52,762 bases of DNA from an uncultured Candidatus Saccharibacteria bacterium (GCA_964573145.1 CAZNIM010000001.1:1-52762), one strand, 5' to 3'. Positions 1 through 9,816 are shown, numbered from the stretch's first letter. Translations and numbers: made by a program. Notes: generated from the sequence alone by a model not told the origin.

Positions 1-109
1 TTACACCCTTGATTGTAGAAATGATAGGTGTCGTTTCCAGCTTGACCGGGAATCTTTTCGTAAATGATTAAAAGTTAATGGTAACGAATTTTGATTTGTT
101 TTTTTGATT

Positions 110-154
110 AATATTTAAAAGTAAAACAAAGTACCGGTTTTACTTTTAAATATT
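110..154. repeat. 18-bp perfect inverted repeat (AATATTTAAAAGTAAAAC / GTTTTACTTTTAAATATT) with a 9-nt spacer
   Basis: Arms at 110-127 and 137-154 are exact reverse complements. Lies about 50 nt upstream of the transporter ATG at 206. Confidence 0.8.
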
Positions 155-205
155 GCTTATTTATTGTAATCTTATATAAGTTGAACAATAAAAATAAAAA
201 ACAAG

Positions 206-1333
206 ATGAAATTCTTTTATGCGGTTTCGATACTTTCGGGAACGATGATCGGAGCGGGTCTTTTCGCCTTACCTTACATCACTACTCAGGTCGGAATTGA
301 AGTTATATTACTTTATTTTCTTTTTTTGGGAGCGATTTCAATAGCGATACATCATTTTTTCGGTGAGGTCGCTTTAAGAACCGAGGACAATTTGAGGTTG
401 CCGAGTTTTGCCGGGATTCATCTCGGGTCATGGGCTAAAAAATTAACTACTTGCACCGGTATTATCGGCCTTTCTGGGTCGATTTTAGCTTATATAATAT
501 TGGGAGGAGAGTTTTTATCGGGAATTTTTAGCTCCAGTCTGGGAGGTGGTCCTTTTGAATATTCTTTGGTTTATTGGGCGGTAGGGGCGGCCTTTATATT
601 TTTTGGAATCAAGGCGATTGAGAAGGTTGAATTTTTAGGGATTGCCGGATTTTTAATGGTTCTGTTTTTGATTTTAATAAGAGGCTGGTCGAATATTGAC
701 CCGAATACTTTTTTAGAGGTGGGCGAGGGTTTTCAAGGAAATCTTTTTCTTCCATACGGAGCGATACTTTTTTCTCTTTGGGGGGCGGCCCTGATTCCCG
801 AAGTGGAAGAGAAATTGAGTGGTCAAAAAGAAAAACTGAAATGGGTCGGCCCGACCGGGGTCGGTTTGGCGATTATAATTTATCTTTTTTTCATATTCGT
901 GGTTGTGGGTATATCGGGGATGGAGACTTCCGAGGAGGGGATTTTAGGGCTTATGAATCAGCTGGATAACGGAGTTATCGGTTTAGCTTTGATTTTCGGA
1001 ATATTGGCCACCTTTACATCTTTTATAACTTTGGGTCTTACCTTGAAGAAGATATTGTGGTTTGATTTGGGGTTGTCGGAGATGATCTCTTGGGCGGTGG
1101 TTACTTTTATTCCCATTTCAGCTTTTGTTTTCGGAGTTGATAATTACATACAGGTAATTACTTTTGTCGGAACGATGCTTTTGGCGATTGACGCCACTCT
1201 GATAACTTTAATGTATCAAAAATATAAACCGGCCAAATATAAATTCTTGACTTACCCGATTATTTTCGTCTTCGTTCTGGGAATAATCTACAATATAGCT
1301 TATAATAAAGAAGTTATATTAAGTATATTTTAA
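206..1333 (+). CDS. amino-acid permease family membrane transporter (Trp/Tyr-permease-like)
   Basis: 375-aa polytopic membrane ORF. N-terminal SGTMIGAGLFALP motif is typical of amino-acid permeases. Confidence 0.6.
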   Translation: MKFFYAVSILSGTMIGAGLFALPYITTQVGIEVILLYFLFLGAISIAIHHFFGEVALRTEDNLRLPSFAGIHLGSWAKKLTTCTGIIGLSGSILAYIILGGEFLSGIFSSSLGGGPFEYSLVYWAVGAAFIFFGIKAIEKVEFLGIAGFLMVLFLILIRGWSNIDPNTFLEVGEGFQGNLFLPYGAILFSLWGAALIPEVEEKLSGQKEKLKWVGPTGVGLAIIIYLFFIFVVVGISGMETSEEGILGLMNQLDNGVIGLALIFGILATFTSFITLGLTLKKILWFDLGLSEMISWAVVTFIPISAFVFGVDNYIQVITFVGTMLLAIDATLITLMYQKYKPAKYKFLTYPIIFVFVLGIIYNIAYNKEVILSIF

Positions 1334-2298
1334 TGCCTTTTTTCGAAATAGCGATATTCATTTTATCCTGTTTGGCGATTATAGTCTCCAGCAGATGGGT
1401 GATAGATTCTTTATCCGCCTTGGCCAGATCGCTCGGCTGGAAGGAGTTCGTTGTCGCTTTTTTTACTGTTTCTTTGGGGGCGGTTCTCCCCGAATTGACT
1501 ATAGGAGTCCGGGCCGCGATTGAAGGAATACCGGAGCTCTCTTTGGGAAATATCATCGGACAAAATATTATTCTTTTGACTTTTTCGGTTGCCGTTTGCA
1601 CTTTGGTGGTAAAAGGTATTATTGTTCAGTCGCGGACAGTCAGATCGGGAACCGCCTTTGCCGCTTTTTCGGTAATGCTACCCTTTATCCTTCTTCATGA
1701 CGGGAGGTTGAGCAGAATGAACGGTCTTTTTTTGATCGGGGTTTTCTTTCTTTACGTTTATTGGATGTTCGGGAAAGAGGATAGATTTGTAAAAGAGTAT
1801 GAGGAAGAACCCAAAAATATTAAAAAGAAAAGCGATTACGTTAAACAAGTTTTAAAACTGATCGGAGCTTTTCTAATAGTTATTTTTTCCGCCGAAGGGA
1901 TAATATATTCGGCTAAGGAGTTCGCTTTTCTGTTGGATGTCCCCGAGGCGCTGGTCGGTATTTTGCTCGTCGGGGCGGGAGTAGCTCTGCCGGAGATATA
2001 CTTTTCGCTCAGATTGGCTACCAAGGGCAGATCGTGGATGATTTTGGGAGGGATAACCGGTGCGGTGGCGATGTCTTCAACTTTGGTATTGGGAGTAGTA
2101 ACGATAATTAATCCGATAACGATTGATAACTTCGCTCCTTATTCGATAAGTAGAGCCTTTTTAATATTTGCCGGGATTATTTTATGGCTCTTTACCAGAA
2201 CCAGCAACAGACTAACCAGAAAAGAGGCTTTTGTTCTCTTTTTCATCTATTTCGGCTTTCTCTTTTCTGAGCTTTTATTCGGACAACTCTTCTTATAA
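1333..2298 (+). CDS. Na+/Ca2+ exchanger (CaCA/YrbG) family membrane protein
   Basis: 321 aa, multi-TM. Two alpha-repeat-like motifs, GAVLPELTIG and GVALPEIYFS. TAATG overlap with the upstream gene. Confidence 0.65.
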   Translation: MPFFEIAIFILSCLAIIVSSRWVIDSLSALARSLGWKEFVVAFFTVSLGAVLPELTIGVRAAIEGIPELSLGNIIGQNIILLTFSVAVCTLVVKGIIVQSRTVRSGTAFAAFSVMLPFILLHDGRLSRMNGLFLIGVFFLYVYWMFGKEDRFVKEYEEEPKNIKKKSDYVKQVLKLIGAFLIVIFSAEGIIYSAKEFAFLLDVPEALVGILLVGAGVALPEIYFSLRLATKGRSWMILGGITGAVAMSSTLVLGVVTIINPITIDNFAPYSISRAFLIFAGIILWLFTRTSNRLTRKEAFVLFFIYFGFLFSELLFGQLFL

Positions 2299-2300
2299 TT

Positions 2301-3293
2301 ATGGATCTAATTTTTATTTTGATTTTAATAATCGTTTTCGGAGCCGCCTTCGGCTTTTTGTTTTACAGAAATACTAAAAATGAATTGGAGCGAGAAAGAA
2401 GATTGCGGGATATGGAATCGAATATCAGCAAACTGATAAGTGAGCAATTAAAAGAGATGAGAGGGACGGTCGACGGAACTTCGCAAGCAATGAATAAACA
2501 GATCAAGTCCTTTACCACCGAAACTGAAAAATTAAGAAGTGAATTGAATCAAATTCAAGAAGCGATGGAAAACGTTACTTCTTTTCAAGAATTTTTTACC
2601 TCTCCCAAGGCGAGGGGGGAGTGGGGCGAGGCCAGCTTGGAGCATATCTTGGGTGAATATTTTCCTTCCGAACTGTATAAAACCCAACATATGTTTAAAA
2701 GCGGGGAACAGGTCGATGCCGTATTAAAGCTTCCCAATGAAAAGTTTTTACCGATAGATTCAAAGTTTCCTTTTGACAATTACAGAAAGATGATCGAAAC
2801 CGAAAGGGAAGACGACAGAGATAAAGCGAGAAAGAGATTTCTAAAAGACGCCAAAATGAAGATAACCGATATCGCCAATAAATATATTCTTCCTTCCGAA
2901 GGAACCGTTGAATTCGCCATAATGTATATTCCGGCCGAGGCGGTCTATTATGAAATTAACATGAGCAAGGATATAGATGTAGTCGAGTACGCTCGCGAAA
3001 AAAAGGTTATTTTGGCTTCTCCGAACACTATATTTTTAACTTTGAAAGCGGTTGAACACTGGTTTAGAGATACACAGATATCAAGAAAAACTCAAGAGAT
3101 AATTAAAAATATTTCTCGAATAGAAAAAGATTCACATAAGCTGAGAGATGATTTCAGGAAGCTGGGCAAGCATCTTTCCAATGCCAGATCGGCCTATGAG
3201 AGTTCGGAAAAAAGATTAAATTTAATGGGGGATAAAGTTGAAAGATTAACCGAAAAAGAAGTTGATTTTTTAGAAGAAAAGGAAGAGGATTAA
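2301..3293 (+). CDS. rmuC: DNA recombination protein RmuC
   Basis: N-terminal TM plus coiled coil, then the RmuC-type core (VDAVLKLPNEKFLPIDSKFPFDNY, AIMYIPAEAVYYE, ILASPNT). Confidence 0.85.
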   Translation: MDLIFILILIIVFGAAFGFLFYRNTKNELERERRLRDMESNISKLISEQLKEMRGTVDGTSQAMNKQIKSFTTETEKLRSELNQIQEAMENVTSFQEFFTSPKARGEWGEASLEHILGEYFPSELYKTQHMFKSGEQVDAVLKLPNEKFLPIDSKFPFDNYRKMIETEREDDRDKARKRFLKDAKMKITDIANKYILPSEGTVEFAIMYIPAEAVYYEINMSKDIDVVEYAREKKVILASPNTIFLTLKAVEHWFRDTQISRKTQEIIKNISRIEKDSHKLRDDFRKLGKHLSNARSAYESSEKRLNLMGDKVERLTEKEVDFLEEKEED

Positions 3294-3297
3294 ATAT

Positions 3298-3326
3298 TTG
3301 CTTAAATTTTGCTTTTCTGGTAGAAT
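3298..3326 (+). promoter_or_regulatory. sigma70-like promoter for rplU (-35 TTGCTT, 17-nt spacer, TGg-TAGAAT -10)
   Basis: Hexamers at 3298-3303 and 3321-3326, read directly. About 36 nt upstream of the rplU ATG. Confidence 0.5.
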
Positions 3327-3362
3327 AATTCACGTAACTTTAAGGAATAAGTAAAGAAAAAT

Positions 3363-3677
3363 ATGTTTGCAGTAATTAAAACCGGTGGAAAACAATACGA
3401 AGTTTCAAAAGGAGATGTAATCGAAATCGAAAAACTCGACAAAGAAGAGGGTAGTGAGGTCGTCTTCGACGAGGTTTTGCTGGTAAAAGACAAAAAAGCT
3501 TTAATCGGCAAGCCGACGGTAGAAGGAGCAAAGGTAGTCGGGGAAGTGGTTGAGCAGGGAAGAGGGGAAAAGAAGATAGTTTTCAAATACAAGCCCAAGA
3601 AGAGACAGAGAAAAAAGAAAGGACACAGACAACCCTTTACCAGAGTAAAGATAAAAGAGATATCCGTTAGCTCTTAA
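3363..3677 (+). CDS. rplU: 50S ribosomal protein L21
   Basis: [26 protein letters not shown]-terminus and KGHRQPFT motif are classic L21. Confidence 0.95.
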   Translation: MFAVIKTGGKQYEVSKGDVIEIEKLDKEEGSEVVFDEVLLVKDKKALIGKPTVEGAKVVGEVVEQGRGEKKIVFKYKPKKRQRKKKGHRQPFTRVKIKEISVSS

Positions 3678-3702
3678 TTTGGAATTCAAATTGACAATCT
3701 TT

Positions 3703-3727
3703 AAAACCGCCTCATTGGCGGTTTTTT
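3703..3727. terminator. bidirectional rho-independent terminator between convergent rplU and recR
   Basis: AAAACCGCC-TCATT-GGCGGTTTTTT: GC stem flanked by an A-run and a T-run. Confidence 0.8.
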
Positions 3728-3751
3728 GATTATCGACGATAACTTGCTTTA

Positions 3752-4360
3752 TTATTTTCTTCCTTCCAGAGCGGAGGTGAGAGTGTCTTCGTCGGCATAT
3801 TCCAGTTCGCCACCGACGGGAAGTCCTTTGGCCAGCCTGGTTATCTTTAAGTCAAAATCATCCAGAACTCTTTTTACATAAAGGCCGGTTGCTTCTCCCT
3901 CGGTGGTCGGGTTGGTGGCAATTATAACCTCTTTGAAGTTTTCAAAATTCCATTTTTGAGGCTTTTCGATTCTTTCTTTGAGCTCTTTGGCTCTTATCTT
4001 TTTGATATCTTTTTTTCTGAGTGGACTGACGTTACCTCCCAGTATGAAGTAGTATCCGCGATATTTTTTAGTGTTTTCAATCGATATCAAGTCGGTTTCT
4101 CGTTCGACTATCGCCAACTGATTTTCTCTTGAACGATCCGAGCAGATCGAACAAAGTTCGTTTTCCACTTCCAAGCTGCGATAGCAGAATGAACAGTTGT
4201 GAACCGAGTCTTTGAGTTGGTGCAACTGATTTATCAGTCTTTCAATATCTTTCGAATCGGAATTTAAAAGATGAAAAGCGAAGCGAGTGGCGGTCTTTTT
4301 GCCGACCGTCGGAAAGGAAGTAAATATATTTATTAGATTTTTTATCGGTTCGGGATACAT
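3752..4360 (-). CDS. recR: recombination protein RecR
   Basis: HhH N-terminus (FPTVGKKTATRFAFHLL), C4 zinc finger (CSFCYRS...CSICSD), Toprim (IIATNPTTEGEATGLYV). Confidence 0.95.
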   Translation of the reverse strand: MYPEPIKNLINIFTSFPTVGKKTATRFAFHLLNSDSKDIERLINQLHQLKDSVHNCSFCYRSLEVENELCSICSDRSRENQLAIVERETDLISIENTKKYRGYYFILGGNVSPLRKKDIKKIRAKELKERIEKPQKWNFENFKEVIIATNPTTEGEATGLYVKRVLDDFDLKITRLAKGLPVGGELEYADEDTLTSALEGRK

Positions 4361-5718
4361 CAGTTTTCGGAATAGCGTTTATCCAAGCTTTGGAAGGTGG
4401 TCGTTTCTTCATCGAAGTAGAGCTCAACTTTACCGGTTGGTCCGTTTCTATGTTTGGCGACGAAGATATCGGTAATATTTTTTCTTTCGGTATCATCTCG
4501 GTAATAACCCTCTCTATACATCAGTAAAACGACGTCGGCGTCTTGCTCCAAAGCACCGGTTTCTCTCAAGTCCGAGAGACGTGGAATCTGCGGAGTTCTT
4601 TTTTCGACCGCTCTCGATAACTGAGAGAGGGCGATAACCGGTATATTCAGCTCTTTAGCTAATGATTTTAGAGACCTCGATATCTCGGTCATCTGATGAA
4701 CCATCGAATTGAAATTCGATCTCGGCTGAATCAATTGAAGATAGTCGATAACCAGCATTCCCAGACCCTTTTCCGCTTGGAGTCTTCTGGCCATTGCCCT
4801 CATCTGCATTATGTTGAAGGAGCTCTTATCTTCTACGTAAATTGGGACATCGACCAGCTGATCCATGGCTTCTTGAATTCTGGTGAAGTCGTTAACTTTT
4901 CCTTTGGTTGAAAGCTTACCGTTTCTTATCTTTGAAAGGCCGACTCCGGAAACGGTGGACAATAATTTATCGGTTATCTGGTCGGCTGACATTTCCAGAC
5001 TGAATATTCCGACCGGAACTTGATTTTTCATGGCTGCATTTTGAGCAAAATTAAAAGCCAAAGAAGATTTACCCATGCTCGGGCGAGCAGCTAAGATTAT
5101 TAAATCCGATTTTTGGAAACCGGAAAGAAGAAAATCGAGACTCGGAAATCCGCTCGGAACTCCACGCGTATCCTCGTCTTGCTTGGATAGGCGGTCGATT
5201 CTTTCAAAAGCTTCTTCGAGCGAATCACCGATCTTGGTAAATTGATTTCGTAAAGAACTTTTACTTATATTGAATATCTTTTGCTCGGCTTGGTCCAAAA
5301 TCTCTTCAACGTCCTGATCTTCGTTGTAGCCACTCAAGCTTATCTCTTGACCGGCTTTAATCATTTCCCGTAAAATTCTCTTCTTTTGAACTATATGAGC
5401 GCATTCCGCAACATGGCTCGATGTCGGAACCGAGTTAACCAGTTCGGTCAGATAACTGCTTCCCCCCACCTTTTCGAGAAGCTCCTTTTCTTCGAGACGG
5501 TTGGATACCGATATCAAGTCTATTGATCCGGAACGCTCAACTATATCGACCATCGCCTGGTATATTTCACGATGATTATTTTCATAAAAATCCTTTACTT
5601 GAAAAAAGTCGATTATCTTAAAGATGGCTTCTTTATCCATCATCAAACCTCCGAGAATCGATTTTTCGGCATCGATGTTTCGAGGCGGTAGTTTTTCGGG
5701 AAATTCTTCTTTAGCCAT
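4360..5718 (-). CDS. dnaB: replicative DNA helicase DnaB
   Basis: 452 aa. N-terminal PPRNIDAEKSILGG, Walker A ARPSMGKSS, Walker B LVIDYLQL, ALSQLSR. Confidence 0.95.
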   Translation of the reverse strand: MAKEEFPEKLPPRNIDAEKSILGGLMMDKEAIFKIIDFFQVKDFYENNHREIYQAMVDIVERSGSIDLISVSNRLEEKELLEKVGGSSYLTELVNSVPTSSHVAECAHIVQKKRILREMIKAGQEISLSGYNEDQDVEEILDQAEQKIFNISKSSLRNQFTKIGDSLEEAFERIDRLSKQDEDTRGVPSGFPSLDFLLSGFQKSDLIILAARPSMGKSSLAFNFAQNAAMKNQVPVGIFSLEMSADQITDKLLSTVSGVGLSKIRNGKLSTKGKVNDFTRIQEAMDQLVDVPIYVEDKSSFNIMQMRAMARRLQAEKGLGMLVIDYLQLIQPRSNFNSMVHQMTEISRSLKSLAKELNIPVIALSQLSRAVEKRTPQIPRLSDLRETGALEQDADVVLLMYREGYYRDDTERKNITDIFVAKHRNGPTGKVELYFDEETTTFQSLDKRYSEN

Positions 5719-5719
5719 C

Positions 5720-7069
5720 TTATTTTTTTATTATTTTATAACCGCTTGGGGAATCTTTTACGCCGTATCCTTTTTCTTCCATTTTTTTTCTCAACTTATC
5801 GGCTTCATCGTATTGACCGTCTTTACGCATCTTTTCTCTCTCTTTTGCCAGCTTTACAATCTCTTCCGGAATCGTATCTTTTTTTGCAAGGTCAAGGCCG
5901 AGAAGATTATCGAAGTCGATTATTGTAGCTTTTTTCAGATCATCGGGAATGCTTTCATCTTTAAGCAGTTTCCAAGCTACTTCCAGGGCGCGAGGAGTGT
6001 TCAGGTCGTCATTTATCGCTTCCAAAAATTCTTGTTCATACTTTTTGGAAATTTTTTCTCCCGGAGGAGATTCCGGCACACGAGCTCTCATTTTTTTAAG
6101 TGAATTTTCAGCCCCATCAAGAGCCTCGACTGAAAAGTTGAGTTTGCTTCTGTAGTGAGCATTAATACAAAGGTATCGATAAGCCAAAGCGGTGGAGATC
6201 TCTTTTACGTCCGCGAGCGTATGAAAGTTGCCCTTTGATTTCGACATTTTGGAATCTTTAACCACTAAGAATTCACCGTGCATCCAGAATCGAGCCGGAT
6301 TTTTACCGTAAGCGGCTTCCGCTTGAGCTATTTCGTTGGGGTGATGAATTTCGATATGGTCTATTCCTCCACAATGAATGTCAAAAGGGATTCCGAGATA
6401 CTTCTCAGCCATAACGACACATTCGGTATGCCAGCCGGGAAATCCGACTCCCCAGGGAGAATCCCATTCCATTTGCCGAACCCCTTCCTCTTCGGAGAAT
6501 TTCCATAAAGCGAAGTCGGTTGGATTTTTCTTTCCTTTTATCTCTACTCTTTTTCCGGCTTCTATGTCTTGCAAGTTGGCCATCTCTCCGTAGTTTTCCA
6601 GCTTGGAGCTGTCAAAATAAAGACCGTCGGATATTTTGTAGGTAAAACCTTTTTCTTCCAATATTTTTATAAGTTCAATTTGCTCTTCTATCGTTTCGGT
6701 CGCTTTTACATAAGTGTCGGGCGGGAGAATATTCAGGTCGGAAACATCTTCTTTGAATTTTTCGGTGTAAAAACGGGTAAGCTCCCAAGCATCCATATTT
6801 TTTTCTCGAGCTCGTTTTTCCACCTTGTCTTCACCACCGTCGTCATCCGAAACCAGGTGACCGACGTCGGTGATGTTCATAACGTGATTTACCTGATAGT
6901 TATTATAAAGAAGAGTTCTTTTCAAGACGTCTTCAAAGATGTAGGTCTTTAAATTTCCGATATGAGCATAGTCGTAAACCGTCGGCCCACAAGTATAAAG
7001 ACGAACTTCATCTTTCAGAGGCTCGAAGGCTTCTTTTTTTCTGGTTTTGCTGTTATAAAGAGTAATCAT
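5720..7069 (-). CDS. cysS: cysteine--tRNA ligase
   Basis: Class I motifs HIGN (YAHIGNLKTY) and KMSKS. TCGPTVYD N-terminus. Confidence 0.95.
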   Translation of the reverse strand: MITLYNSKTRKKEAFEPLKDEVRLYTCGPTVYDYAHIGNLKTYIFEDVLKRTLLYNNYQVNHVMNITDVGHLVSDDDGGEDKVEKRAREKNMDAWELTRFYTEKFKEDVSDLNILPPDTYVKATETIEEQIELIKILEEKGFTYKISDGLYFDSSKLENYGEMANLQDIEAGKRVEIKGKKNPTDFALWKFSEEEGVRQMEWDSPWGVGFPGWHTECVVMAEKYLGIPFDIHCGGIDHIEIHHPNEIAQAEAAYGKNPARFWMHGEFLVVKDSKMSKSKGNFHTLADVKEISTALAYRYLCINAHYRSKLNFSVEALDGAENSLKKMRARVPESPPGEKISKKYEQEFLEAINDDLNTPRALEVAWKLLKDESIPDDLKKATIIDFDNLLGLDLAKKDTIPEEIVKLAKEREKMRKDGQYDEADKLRKKMEEKGYGVKDSPSGYKIIKK

Positions 7070-7135
7070 AGTGTAATTATATTATCATAAAAATCATTTT
7101 GAATCCACGACAATTTATAGTAGAATTAGGTCAGC

Positions 7136-7687
7136 ATGATTGAGCTGATACCGGAAATTCAAGTTTTCATAGTCTCTCTTCTACCGATTGCGGGGATTAG
7201 AGTTTCAATACCGTTGGGAGTATCGGTTTTGGGGTTGAGTTGGCAGCTCTCTTTTTTGATTTCTCTCTTGGGAGGGTTGGTGGTTCTGGTTTTTTTACTT
7301 CTTTTTTTAGAGCCGGTAACCGATTTGATCAGGTCGATATCCGGATTGGCCGATTCTGTTGCCGGAAAGATATTTGATAAAACACGACGTGAAAAAAAAG
7401 AGCAAGTTGAAAAATACGGATATCCGGCTTTGGCTCTGTTTACCGCCGTTCCTCTTCCTTTCAGTGGAGTGTGGACGGCTTGTTTGGTGACTTATCTTTT
7501 TGGACTGCAAAGAAAAAAAGCATTCGTAGCGATATTGATTGGAGCTCTGATATCGGCCGGTGCGGTGGTCGGACTTACCGTTACCGGAGAAACATTGGCC
7601 GAAAATGGAGGGTTGCGATTGGTGGGAGCGGTTCTTCTTGTAGCTTTAATTTATTATTATTCAAGTAACACAAAAAATAATGGGTAA
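7136..7687 (+). CDS. small multidrug-export-like membrane protein (COG2426-like)
   Basis: 183 aa, 4-5 TM. LLPIAGIRVSIPLG N-terminal motif resembles this family. Pattern-level call only. Confidence 0.45.
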   Translation: MIELIPEIQVFIVSLLPIAGIRVSIPLGVSVLGLSWQLSFLISLLGGLVVLVFLLLFLEPVTDLIRSISGLADSVAGKIFDKTRREKKEQVEKYGYPALALFTAVPLPFSGVWTACLVTYLFGLQRKKAFVAILIGALISAGAVVGLTVTGETLAENGGLRLVGAVLLVALIYYYSSNTKNNG

Positions 7688-8804
7688 ATTGGTTTTATAC
7701 AGAAAGTACAGACCCAAGAGTTTTTCGGACGTAATCGGACAGGATCACGTGGTCCGTACTTTGAAAAATGCGATAAAAAGCGACAATGTTTCTCATGCAT
7801 ACCTTTTTACCGGGCCGAGGGGAACGGGAAAGACGACGATGGCCAGACTTTTGGCAAAAGCGGTTAATTGTCTTGACGATTCCGATCCGGAACCGTGCAA
7901 CACTTGCTCGGCTTGTAAAACGATAGGGGACGGAAAAGCGGTTGATCTGATAGAGATCGATGCCGCTTCGCACCGAGGAATCGACGAGATAAGAGAATTG
8001 AGGGAAGGTATTAAATTTTCTCCGAACGAACTGAAATATAAAGTCTATATAATTGATGAAAGTCACCAACTGACAAGAGGAGCGGCCAATGCTCTTTTAA
8101 AGATATTGGAAGAAGCTCCGGAGCACGCCATTTTCGTCTTGGCGACCACCGAACCGCAAAAAATGATTCCGACGATAATCTCCAGATGCCAACGGTTTGA
8201 TTTTAAAAAATTAAACTTGAACGAAATAGTTAAAAAATTGGAGATAATTTTAAAAAAAGAGAAGATAAAAGCGAACAAGAAAACATTGGAAGCTATAGCT
8301 ACCGCTTCGGGGGGATCATTTCGAGATGCGGAGAGTCTTCTGGATCAAATTTTAACTTTTACCGATAAAGAGCTGAAAGAAGAAGACGTTAAAAATATAC
8401 TGGGTCTGGTGGAGGCCGAATATCTGGCGAATTTTGTTGATTATTTAATATCGGGGGAAAGATTGGAGGCGATAAATTATTTGGAAGATCTTTACCGGCA
8501 AGGGTTGGGACCGGAAGAGTTTCACGGTTCACTTTTGGAGTATTTAAGACAATTAATGATGGTTTCCATTTCCAAACCCGACTTGGCGGAAGGTGAGAAC
8601 CCGCTCGTTTCCGGATTAAAAGTTAAGTTTACGAAAGAAGAGATAGAAAAGCTGAAAAAACAGTCGGAAAAACTTGATCCGGAAAAAGTAAGAATAATGT
8701 TGGAGGTATTTTTGGAGGCCGGAAAGAGGATGGATTATTCTTCAATACCACAACTTCCTTTGGAGATGGCTATTGTTCAGTTAACCGATAATGATGAGTT
8801 TTAA
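7680..8804 (+). CDS. dnaX: DNA polymerase III subunit gamma/tau (short form)
   Basis: Walker A GPRGTGKTT, Zn module CNTCSACKTI, Walker B IIDESHQLT, sensor SRCQRFDF. Confidence 0.95.
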   Translation: MGKLVLYRKYRPKSFSDVIGQDHVVRTLKNAIKSDNVSHAYLFTGPRGTGKTTMARLLAKAVNCLDDSDPEPCNTCSACKTIGDGKAVDLIEIDAASHRGIDEIRELREGIKFSPNELKYKVYIIDESHQLTRGAANALLKILEEAPEHAIFVLATTEPQKMIPTIISRCQRFDFKKLNLNEIVKKLEIILKKEKIKANKKTLEAIATASGGSFRDAESLLDQILTFTDKELKEEDVKNILGLVEAEYLANFVDYLISGERLEAINYLEDLYRQGLGPEEFHGSLLEYLRQLMMVSISKPDLAEGENPLVSGLKVKFTKEEIEKLKKQSEKLDPEKVRIMLEVFLEAGKRMDYSSIPQLPLEMAIVQLTDNDEF

Positions 8805-9693
8805 AATTAAAAGCAGGGAAGACTTCAATATTGAGATGCCGGTGGAAGGTATCTTCAATTCTTCCACCGATATTTTCGGATTGGTTTCCGGAGCGAAAAA
8901 AGCGGTTTATCTGACTCTTGATAATGATAAAGTTGAAAAATTTTTAGAAGTATTGAATTATTTCGGACCCGACAAGGAATTTAAAATTGTAGAGGCTCCG
9001 GATAGAGATTGGATATACAGGCTTGACGGCAACAGAGAAAAGAGACACCTCTTTATCGGTGAGGATTACGATCATTTGTTGAAATTGAAAAATGCTTTTG
9101 ATTATGATTTTAGTGGTGTTTCGCATCAAGAAATCGGAGTTTTACTTTCTTATCCGAAGTGTTGCGCGAGCAGAAAGGATTATATGATTGATATAAAAAG
9201 TTATTTTCCCGAAAATCCGTATAAGATAAATTTTTTGATGAATAATTTTCATATTAAATCAGATTCCAATATCTTTCTGTTTTCTCACCATCCTTGCTCT
9301 CATCAGTGTAAAGAGACTCTTGAATACTCCAAAAAAGTATATGAGTGGCTGGATCGATTTCCGGAGATAAAAAAGAAGATCGGCACCCTGCTCAAGCTTC
9401 CGGTAGCTTATCTTTTTCCGGAGATGAAAAATCATCGAGCTCTCAGTGTCGGAATCGCCTACGTCTTTAAAGGGCATTATGAGGAAGAAGGGTTGATGAG
9501 TTATGATGATCTTTATTATTTTACAAAATTTGCGGATGATATAACCGACACCGAAGAAGCCGAAGATTTACTTGAAAAATTCAAATTGGGAAACAAGCTC
9601 AAAGTCGGAAAGAGTAAAATTGAAATATTTGAGGAAGATGAACTTAAAGAAACGATAGAAAATGAAAGACTGATACTTGTAAACCCGCAATAA
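8791..9693 (+). CDS. hypothetical protein with paired Cys motifs (YPKCC ... HHPCSHQC)
   Basis: 300-aa ORF overlapping the dnaX 3' end by 14 nt. The motifs recall archaeal DUF483-type proteins, from memory and unverified. Confidence 0.6.
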   Translation: MMSFKIKSREDFNIEMPVEGIFNSSTDIFGLVSGAKKAVYLTLDNDKVEKFLEVLNYFGPDKEFKIVEAPDRDWIYRLDGNREKRHLFIGEDYDHLLKLKNAFDYDFSGVSHQEIGVLLSYPKCCASRKDYMIDIKSYFPENPYKINFLMNNFHIKSDSNIFLFSHHPCSHQCKETLEYSKKVYEWLDRFPEIKKKIGTLLKLPVAYLFPEMKNHRALSVGIAYVFKGHYEEEGLMSYDDLYYFTKFADDITDTEEAEDLLEKFKLGNKLKVGKSKIEIFEEDELKETIENERLILVNPQ

Positions 9694-9695
9694 TG

Positions 9696-9723
9696 TTGAT
9701 TTTTATTCGAATTAAGTTATAAT
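9696..9723 (+). promoter_or_regulatory. sigma70-like promoter for tRNA-Gln (-35 TTGATT, 16-nt spacer, -10 TATAAT)
   Basis: Hexamers at 9696-9701 and 9718-9723. The tRNA 5' end is at 9735. Confidence 0.6.
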
Positions 9724-9734
9724 CACTTAGAAAT

Positions 9735-9805
9735 TGCGGGATGGTGTAATGGTAACACGCTTGGTTTTGGTCCAAGTAATCCAGGTTCGAGTCCTGGTCC
9801 CGCAG
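9735..9805 (+). tRNA. tRNA-Gln (anticodon TTG), no encoded CCA
   Basis: 71-nt cloverleaf folded by eye. Acceptor TGCGGGA/TCCCGCA (U1-A72). D arm GTGT-AATGGTA-ACAC. Anticodon arm CTTGG-TTTTGGT-CCAAG. T arm CCAGG-TTCGAGT-CCTGG. Discriminator G. Confidence 0.9.
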
Positions 9806-9816
9806 CATAAAAAGAA

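Noticed and set aside
1-67. Possible 3' end of an upstream plus-strand gene (open frame from position 2 to the TGA at 65-67), or 5' end of a minus-strand gene
   Set aside because: Only about 22 codons are visible. There is no start codon for the minus-strand reading and no recognisable motif, so it cannot be supported.
3363-3727. rplU stands alone, terminated immediately, without the usual downstream rpmA (L27); likewise dnaX is not followed by ybaB-recR
   Set aside because: This is a real synteny break, but such breaks are common in reduced genomes. It is not evidence for a novel element, and rpmA may be elsewhere.
8252-8258. A AAA AAA slippery heptamer in the X XXY YYZ register within dnaX, reminiscent of the E. 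coli tau/gamma frameshift site
   Set aside because: This dnaX is already a short, gamma-length 374-aa protein. The site lies mid-gene inside the ATPase/lid region. I saw no downstream stimulatory hairpin. A-runs are frequent in this low-GC genome.
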